Shown here one piece after another: positions 46,208-51,567 of a stretch of DNA of 51,567 nt. This DNA comes from Candidatus Aenigmatarchaeota archaeon (GTDB taxonomy: Archaea; Aenigmatarchaeota; Aenigmatarchaeia; GW2011-AR5; JACRAC01). Where the stretch lies: positions 117,976 through 169,542 of the forward strand of contig JAWCMQ010000001.1 in the NCBI GenBank assembly GCA_039091255.1, written 5' to 3'. The position numbers and the translations under genes were made by a program. Position 1 is the stretch's first letter; every line of letters starts with the position of its first letter. Below the pieces are notes generated by a model. That model did not search any database and was not told where the DNA came from. It saw nothing but the letters and a program-made list of their open reading frames with translations.

Positions 46208-48004
46208 ATGCAGCCGAAGCACGACCGAAAAGCACAAAAGTCAGGCAGAAAAGCCGCAATGCCTGCCAAAGTGGCAAAGAAGGCAGACGAAAAGCTTGCC
46301 GCAAAGCAGGTGAAGGCTGCGATGGCGCGAGTGAAGGTTCCGCCTGCTGAAGAAGTTTCAAAGTTCGGATTTTGGGCAGACCAGATAGCTGATGAGATAG
46401 CAGCACGCATTAAAGCAGCGGGCAAGCCCGAGGCAGTCGTCAAGGCAGGCGCAAGCCCGAGCGGCGCCAAGCACATAGGAAATTTGTTTGACGTCATGAA
46501 AGCTTACATTGTCTACAAGGCATTGAAAAAGAAAGGCATTCCAGCAAGGTTTGTGCTCACGCATGACGACCGCGACCCACTGCGCACGATGCCAGCAAAG
46601 CTGCCGACCCTAGAAGGCAAGCTCGTTGATACTGCGCCATTCCGGGAAAATTTTGTGAAGTACGTCGGCCATCCCTACCACACCATCCCCGATCCGTTTG
46701 ATTGCTGCCACAGCTGGGCAGAGCATTTCTCTAAGGTCTGGGAAGATGGCATTATGGGCTGCGGCATAAGCGAAAAAGAGATAGAGTTTGTCTCCAACAA
46801 TTCGCTCTACACGCATGGAAAGTTTGAGCCTTTCGTCGCTACAGTCCTCAAGGATATCAAAAAAGTGCGCCAGGTTTTTGCACCATTTCAGAAGAGCATG
46901 AAGTTGGATTACGTTCCGCTAACCGCTATCTGCCAAAACTGCGGAAAGATAACCGCCCGAGTCGTGGACTGGGACATGCAGAACAAAACGCTGACGTATA
47001 GCTGCGAGGCGAAGCTCATTGCTGCAAAGTATGCAATAACAGGGTGCGGGCATAAAGCCGTAGTGCCCTGGGACAAAGCAAAGCTTGCTTGGCGCTTCGA
47101 ATGGCCTGCGCAGTGGGGCATTTTTGGCGTCGATTTCGAAGCGTTCGGAAAAGACCATGCGGAAGGAAGCTGGCCCAGCGGCCAAGTCGTGGCGCGCGAA
47201 ATATACAAGATAAATCCGCCCATCCCGCACATATACGAGTTTCTGCTCGTCAACGGCGAAAAGATGTCTGCGCGCCGCGGCAACGTATATATCGCCCAGG
47301 ATATGCTGGACATCATCGAGCCTGAAATATTCGTATACTTCTACACCAAGCGCTCCAAGAAGCAGCGCAATCTCGACATCCGCAACATATACCTGCTCGT
47401 CGACGACTTCGAGCGCGTCGAGCGCATCTATTGGGGCGTTGAGAAGGAGCCGAACGAGCATGACCGCCTGAACGCAATCCGCGAGTACGAATCGGCTATG
47501 GCCGTGATGCCGAAGCGCATGCCGCTGCGCATAGAGTACCAGTTCGCTGCGATGGTCAGCCAGCTTGCGCCCGACACCGAGCATGCCATCAAGATGCTAC
47601 GCGCATCGGGCCATATCAAGCCTGACCAGCACCTTACGCCAGACGACATCGCGCAAGTCGCACACCGCCTTACGCTTGCACGAAAATGGGTCCACAAGTA
47701 TGCGCCGGAATTCGCGATAAAAATCAACGACACCGTGCCCAAAGAGATTGTGTCGATGCTGACAGCGAAGCAACGGGCAGCGCTGCGAGACCTTGCTGCT
47801 CTTCTAGAGCAGCGCATCGACCAGCAGTCGCTTTACAACGCCTTTTACGAGATTGCAAAGAAGCACGACCTGCCGCCGAAAGAGTTTTTCAACGCAGCCT
47901 ACAGGGTGCTGATTGGAGCGAATTCTGGTCCGCGGCTTGCGCCGTTCATCATGGCGCTGACGCCAAGCCGGGTTAAAGCAATTCTCGAGCAAATCCCTGC
48001 CTGA
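46208..48004 (+). CDS. lysK: lysine--tRNA ligase, class I, with Lys/Ala-rich N-terminal extension
   Basis: GASPSGAKHIGNLFDV (HIGH-type), zinc-like CQNCGK...C and KMSARRGNV (KMSKS-type). The first roughly 50 aa are K/A-rich. Confidence 0.85.
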   Translation: MQPKHDRKAQKSGRKAAMPAKVAKKADEKLAAKQVKAAMARVKVPPAEEVSKFGFWADQIADEIAARIKAAGKPEAVVKAGASPSGAKHIGNLFDVMKAYIVYKALKKKGIPARFVLTHDDRDPLRTMPAKLPTLEGKLVDTAPFRENFVKYVGHPYHTIPDPFDCCHSWAEHFSKVWEDGIMGCGISEKEIEFVSNNSLYTHGKFEPFVATVLKDIKKVRQVFAPFQKSMKLDYVPLTAICQNCGKITARVVDWDMQNKTLTYSCEAKLIAAKYAITGCGHKAVVPWDKAKLAWRFEWPAQWGIFGVDFEAFGKDHAEGSWPSGQVVAREIYKINPPIPHIYEFLLVNGEKMSARRGNVYIAQDMLDIIEPEIFVYFYTKRSKKQRNLDIRNIYLLVDDFERVERIYWGVEKEPNEHDRLNAIREYESAMAVMPKRMPLRIEYQFAAMVSQLAPDTEHAIKMLRASGHIKPDQHLTPDDIAQVAHRLTLARKWVHKYAPEFAIKINDTVPKEIVSMLTAKQRAALRDLAALLEQRIDQQSLYNAFYEIAKKHDLPPKEFFNAAYRVLIGANSGPRLAPFIMALTPSRVKAILEQIPA

Positions 48005-48041
48005 AGCAAGATTGCTACTTGCGCTTCAAGCGCCCAGTTGC

Positions 48042-50369
48042 TCAACGCTTCCTCTCTGCAGCTGCAATTATAAGCCTCGACTTAATTGCGGCATCTGCTT
48101 CAACAGAAATAGAGTCAATTTTTTGGCGCACAAGCCAGCGGGCAAATTCAGGGTAATTCGATGGCGCTTCTCCGCAAATTCCAACCTTGCGGCCGCATGC
48201 ATGCGCCTGCTCGATAAGGTGATGGATGAGATGCTTCACGGCTTTATTTCGCTCATCGAAAACATGCGCAACTATTTCGCTGTTTCTGTCTACGCCAAGC
48301 GTCAACTGCGTCAAATCGTTGGAGCCGATTGAAAAGCCGTCAAACAATCGTGAAAACTCGGCTGCAAGCAGGCAATTGCTTGGGATTTCTGCCATAGCAT
48401 AAATTTTCAGTCCGTTTTTTCCTCTCCTAAGCCCCTCGCTAGCCATCACTTTCAGGACTGCTCTACCTTCCTCGACCGTGCGGCAGAACGGCACCATTAT
48501 TGTCACATTCCGCAGCCCCATCTCGTCGCGCACCTTCTTCAGGGCCTTGCACTCGAGCCGGAATGCAGGCTCGAATTTCGGATGCACGTAGCGAGAAGCG
48601 CCACGCCAACCGAGCATCGGATTCTCCTCTTTCGGCTCGTACCATTCACCACCCTTTAAGCCGCGGTATTCGCTTGTCTTGAAGTCGCTCAAGCGGACGA
48701 TGACAGGCCGCGGCCAGAATGCAGCTGCGATTTTTGCAATGCCCTCCGCAAGCTTATCGACATACTTGCCTCCGCGCCCATCCTCGAGCATCGCAAGGGG
48801 GTGTTCTCCGATGTACGAATTTATAATGAACTCTTGTCGCGCCAGGCCAACACCGTCTACGGGAAGCTGAGCGACATCAAGCGCAATCTCCGGCGTTCCG
48901 ATGTTCACGTAAAGCTTAGTCTTAGTTTTAGGAATCCGTGACACGGCATGCTCCTCCACCTTATATTTCAGCACCCCTTGCCAGACTTTGCCTGTCTCCT
49001 CCGAGCAATCCAGCGTAACGGTCATGCCGCTCTTCAGAATCTTCGTTGCATTCGCAAGTCCAACAACTGCAGGCACCTTCATCTCGCGCGAAACTATGGC
49101 GGCGTGCGACGTCTTTCCACCGACTTCGGTGATTATGCCTGAAGCAACTTTCATTACGGGTTCCCAGTCGGGGTCCGTCATCCTTGTAACGAGAATTTGC
49201 CCTGGCTTGAATCTGCGCATTTCGGCCGGGCTGCGGATGACATTTGCGACCCCTGTCGCGATTGCCCTGCCGATGGCAAGGCCCGTCCCGAGCAGTTTCC
49301 CTTTTTCGGCAAGCCTGTACTCCTTGTACACGGCTTTTGCGCGTGGCGCATGCACAGTTTCAGGCCTAGACTGCAGGATGTATAGCGAGCCATCGATGTC
49401 CTTTGCCCACTCTATGTCCTGTGGCACGCCATACATCTTTTCGATTGCCAGTGACCACGAAACGAGCTTTTGTATCTCTGCATCGCTCAAGACAGCCTTT
49501 GCCTGAAGGCTCCTAGGAACGGCCGCGCGTGCCACGCCGCGTGGTGACCTTACCTCCATTATTTTTTTCGTCGCTATGCGCCGCGAAACGATGGCGCGAG
49601 TTGGCTTATGGACAAGCCACTGGTCGGGATCCACTCGGCCTTGGACGATAAAGTCGCCGAGTCCCCATGCGCCGTTTATGAAAACGAAGTCACGGTGCCC
49701 CGTATCAGGGTCGAGTGTGAACATCACGCCGCTCACAGCTGAGCGCACCATCTTCTGCACGCCAACGGCAAGCCATACCTTGAAGTGGTCAAAGTGATGG
49801 TCCTCTCGGTAAGAAATCGCCCTATCAGTGAAGAGCGAAGCGAAGCAGTCTTTTACGCGCTGTATCAGCGAGCGCTCGTCTACATTCAGAAAGCTCTCCT
49901 GCTGACCCGCAAAGCTTGCGCGCGGCAGGTCCTCAGCCGTCGCGCTCGACCGCACGGCAACACGCTTCGCGCCAAGCCGCTTGAACGCTTTCGATATCGC
50001 CTGCTCCAAGTCAGCTGGCATCGGCGCTGCCCTTATGGCGCTGCGTATTTTTGCGCCAGCCCTCTTCAGCTCATCTACGTCCTTCACGTTCGTCTTGCGC
50101 AGAGTTTCTCTTATCAGCTTCTCGAGGCCGGCGTTGCATATGAAATATTTGTATGCCTCAGCTGTTATGGCAAAGCCATCCGGTATCGGCACGCGCGTGC
50201 GCGCAATCATCTCGCCAAGGCTGGCGTTCTTGCCTCCTACAAGCACAAGATCTTTGTGCCTTATCTTTCTGAAAGGCAGAATAAGCGGCTTTTTAAGGTG
50301 CCCGAGGTATCGGGTATGCCTGTGCTCGCGGACATGGCGCGGTGCATGCGGAGCGCGAGGGAGACGCAT
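48042..50369 (-). CDS. ppsA: phosphoenolpyruvate synthase (pyruvate, water dikinase)
   Basis: VGGKNASLGEM N-terminus, swivel-domain phospho-His motif GGKTSHAAIVSRE, and the C-terminal PEP-utilising TIM barrel with GSNDLTQ. Confidence 0.9.
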   Translation of the reverse strand: MRLPRAPHAPRHVREHRHTRYLGHLKKPLILPFRKIRHKDLVLVGGKNASLGEMIARTRVPIPDGFAITAEAYKYFICNAGLEKLIRETLRKTNVKDVDELKRAGAKIRSAIRAAPMPADLEQAISKAFKRLGAKRVAVRSSATAEDLPRASFAGQQESFLNVDERSLIQRVKDCFASLFTDRAISYREDHHFDHFKVWLAVGVQKMVRSAVSGVMFTLDPDTGHRDFVFINGAWGLGDFIVQGRVDPDQWLVHKPTRAIVSRRIATKKIMEVRSPRGVARAAVPRSLQAKAVLSDAEIQKLVSWSLAIEKMYGVPQDIEWAKDIDGSLYILQSRPETVHAPRAKAVYKEYRLAEKGKLLGTGLAIGRAIATGVANVIRSPAEMRRFKPGQILVTRMTDPDWEPVMKVASGIITEVGGKTSHAAIVSREMKVPAVVGLANATKILKSGMTVTLDCSEETGKVWQGVLKYKVEEHAVSRIPKTKTKLYVNIGTPEIALDVAQLPVDGVGLARQEFIINSYIGEHPLAMLEDGRGGKYVDKLAEGIAKIAAAFWPRPVIVRLSDFKTSEYRGLKGGEWYEPKEENPMLGWRGASRYVHPKFEPAFRLECKALKKVRDEMGLRNVTIMVPFCRTVEEGRAVLKVMASEGLRRGKNGLKIYAMAEIPSNCLLAAEFSRLFDGFSIGSNDLTQLTLGVDRNSEIVAHVFDERNKAVKHLIHHLIEQAHACGRKVGICGEAPSNYPEFARWLVRQKIDSISVEADAAIKSRLIIAAAERKR

Positions 50370-50436
50370 AAATAAGCTTCGAAAAGCCGCAATATATAGC
50401 TTATTCTAAGCAAGAAACATGCCAATAGCATGCTGC

Positions 50437-50691
50437 TTACGCGAGCTTGAAAACGCTAGCGCCGGGACGAACTTTGCCTGAAACTTTCAAGCCGACGGAC
50501 TGGCCTTTATTCGCTTCGCTAATTGGCTTATGCTCTACTTGCATCGAGTCCACAACCTGCTCTATGCTGCCATCACCGCTCTCTATCAAAATCCTGTCTC
50601 CAGTTCGCAGCGCATCGCTGAGCTCGACGACTGCCACGCCTATCTTGCCGTAAAAGTGCGTGACTTTCCCCACAAGATGCTTTTCAGCCAT
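50437..50691 (-). CDS. translation elongation factor-like small protein (EF-Tu domain 2-like barrel)
   Basis: 84 aa: GKVTHFYGKIGVAVVEL...GDRILIE...QVVDSMQVEHKPISEANKGQSVGLKV. ATG at 50691. Confidence 0.55.
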   Translation of the reverse strand: MAEKHLVGKVTHFYGKIGVAVVELSDALRTGDRILIESGDGSIEQVVDSMQVEHKPISEANKGQSVGLKVSGKVRPGASVFKLA

Positions 50692-50848
50692 GTTCTCTTC
50701 CACATTAACTTATCGCCAGAGCTTTAAATCGTTGTCCGAAGCCCCGCTTGAGAAGGCAAGCTCCATCCGACAAAAGAACCGTATGCTGGGGGCGGATTAA
50801 GTAGCATAGCTTCGAACCACAGACTGCAGTGAACCCTGTGGATTTGGG

Positions 50849-51100
50849 CTAGTAAAGTATTCCTATGGCAATTCCGACAATCCCGATGACTATTGAAAAT
50901 GCACCGACCAATCGCTTATTGCCCTTGCAACCGAGACAGCTTCCCAATCCGAGAGCTATTCCAAGTAGGAATGGCCAATCTCCAAAGAATGCCGTGATAA
51001 AACCCAGAATAGACACGACTATTCCAAGAACCCCGACATACATATATTGGTTCTCGTAATCCTGACTTTGCATGCGGAACACTTTTAGTTGCGCTTCCAT
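50849..51100 (-). CDS. small membrane protein (2 TM)
   Basis: 83 aa with ATG at 51100 and two Gly-rich hydrophobic helices. No family recognised. Confidence 0.4.
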   Translation of the reverse strand: MEAQLKVFRMQSQDYENQYMYVGVLGIVVSILGFITAFFGDWPFLLGIALGLGSCLGCKGNKRLVGAFSIVIGIVGIAIGILY

Positions 51101-51164
51101 CGCATTAGCGGATTAGTCATCGGGCTTCTCCGAGGATGAACCGAGGTTCAAATCCTTTCAGATA

Positions 51165-51521
51165 TGCCGGGGGTCGGATTTGAACCGACGAACCCAATCC
51201 TCACCCTTTGCTTTTCCGTGAACGCTTTTGCGAGCGGAGCGAGCAAACGGGTTCTAAGGGACAAGGTCCCTTAATCGCAATGCGACTTCTGAGCTTCGCA
51301 TTTTCCTAAGCATCGCATGCTTGGCATCTTGCGCCTTTTTCTGTAAGCCCTTTTCCGATTTCATCGGAAAAGCGCTTGCGAAAACGGAAGCATGTTCGCT
51401 GCTTTCCTTTCCGCTAACGCTTGTCCGGAAGAGGTTGCGGAAAACGGAAGCAGACATGCTCCCTTCCTTTCCGTTAACGCTTTCCCCCGGAAAGGGTTAG
51501 ACCAGACTTGGCTACCCCGGC
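51165..51521 (-). tRNA. tRNA-Leu (UAG), 357-nt gene with multiple introns (hand model: four)
   Basis: The 5' end is GCCGGGG-TA-GCC-AAGTCTGG... (51521 downward). The 3' end is GTCGG-TTCAAAT-CCGAC-CCCCGGC-A (51189-51165). The anticodon loop CTTAGGA has its first six residues (C32-G37) at 51310-51305, and in the model A38 is supplied by 51267. Proposed exons are about 51521-51499, 51337-51328, 51311-51305, 51267-51253 and 51197-51165. Gene presence has high confidence and the exon map moderate. Confidence 0.7.
51361..51480 (-). repeat. tandem approximately 60-nt duplication inside tRNA-Leu intron 1
   Basis: Unit 1 (51480-51421) is GCGTTAACGGAAAGGAAGGGAGCATGTCTGCTTCCGTTTTCCGCAA.... Unit 2 (51420-51361) is GCGTTAGCGGAAAGGAAAGCAGCGAACATGCTTCCGTTTTCGCAA.... 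Each can fold as a long imperfect hairpin (CGGAAAGGAAG/CTTCCGTTTTCCG). Confidence 0.75.
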
Positions 51522-51545
51522 TTAAGTGAACTTTCTTCAGCAGCA

Positions 51546-51554
51546 TATTTAAAA
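51546..51554 (-). promoter_or_regulatory. TATA box for tRNA-Leu
   Basis: TTTTAAATA on the minus strand, centred about 29 nt upstream of the tRNA 5' end at 51521. Confidence 0.55.
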
Positions 51555-51567
51555 GGTGCGCAATCGG

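Noticed and set aside
51131-51160. Plus-strand T-arm-like element CGAGGTTCAAATCCTTT next to the 3' end of tRNA-Leu. It could be a second tRNA or a split-tRNA half.
   Set aside because: I could not find a matching acceptor 5' strand, and the T stem has a mismatch plus a wobble pair. No D arm or anticodon arm could be built from 51090-51165. It may be a decayed fragment and needs a covariance-model scan.
51268-51332. Alternative tRNA-Leu exon map: anticodon stem CGATG/CATTG with the same CUUAGGA loop and variable arm C-CCC-GTT-GGG.
   Set aside because: It needs five intervening segments, has a G-U pair in the stem, and its junctions lack bulge-helix-bulge geometry. The four-intron model gives all Watson-Crick stems and BHB-like motifs at every junction.
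51355-51372. CCGATGA in Leu intron 1, a possible box C of an intron-encoded C/D sRNA, as in some archaeal tRNA-Trp introns.
   Set aside because: There is no properly spaced CUGA box D, no C'/D' boxes and no terminal kink-turn pairing.
51361-51480. Short tandem repeats that could suggest a CRISPR array.
   Set aside because: There are only two directly adjacent units without spacers. They lie inside a tRNA gene and are related to other tRNA introns.
51254-51546. Two overlapping minus-strand ORFs of 67 and 61 aa.
   Set aside because: They lie entirely within the tRNA-Leu gene and its introns, and their repetitive peptide sequence mirrors the tandem RNA repeat. They are spurious.

Overview
The window is a gene-dense archaeal chromosome segment of about 57 protein genes and 3 tRNA genes, mostly core information-processing genes. 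I found no CRISPR array, transposase or integrase. All product calls come from motif recognition by eye, without database searches.

**Protein genes**
- An exosome/proteasome string lies at 25-5500: rpoL, dph2, rrp42, rrp41, rrp4, SBDS and psmA.
- A ribosomal protein and Sm block (S8e, L37e, LSm) lies at 7462-8437.
- A second block (Pus10, L21e, RpoF, DUF655) lies at 41367-44339.
- Four aminoacyl-tRNA synthetases are present: Trp, Asp, class I Lys, and also GMP synthase, PEP synthase, a P-type ATPase, RNase Z, RNase HII and TFS.
- Many ORF-track starts are TTG or GTG. I re-anchored these to the first plausible ATG or to a start preceded by a GGAGG-like site. Starts may be off by a few codons.

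**Main finding: intron-interrupted tRNA genes**
- All three tRNA genes are interrupted by introns, and the ORF track masks them as short ORFs.
- tRNA-Lys(CUU) has two introns. One lies in the T-loop and has a textbook bulge-helix-bulge (BHB) splice motif.
- tRNA-Met(CAU) has a 53-nt intron.
- A tRNA-Leu(UAG) gene has acceptor halves 350 nt apart. My hand model needs four BHB-flanked introns to restore a perfect cloverleaf.
- The introns share a conserved sequence family, and that family is tandemly duplicated inside the largest Leu intron.

**Other loci worth a second look**
- A five-gene glycosylation cluster (35118-41304) sits next to a Thr-Pro-linker secreted protein and may be a protein O-glycosylation module.
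- A 1186-aa cysteine-rich secreted protein.
- A phosphoribosyltransferase (PRT) with an unknown N-terminal domain.
- An orphan HisG-like gene coupled to an unknown ORF.
- A three-arm alternative hairpin in the rpl21e leader.
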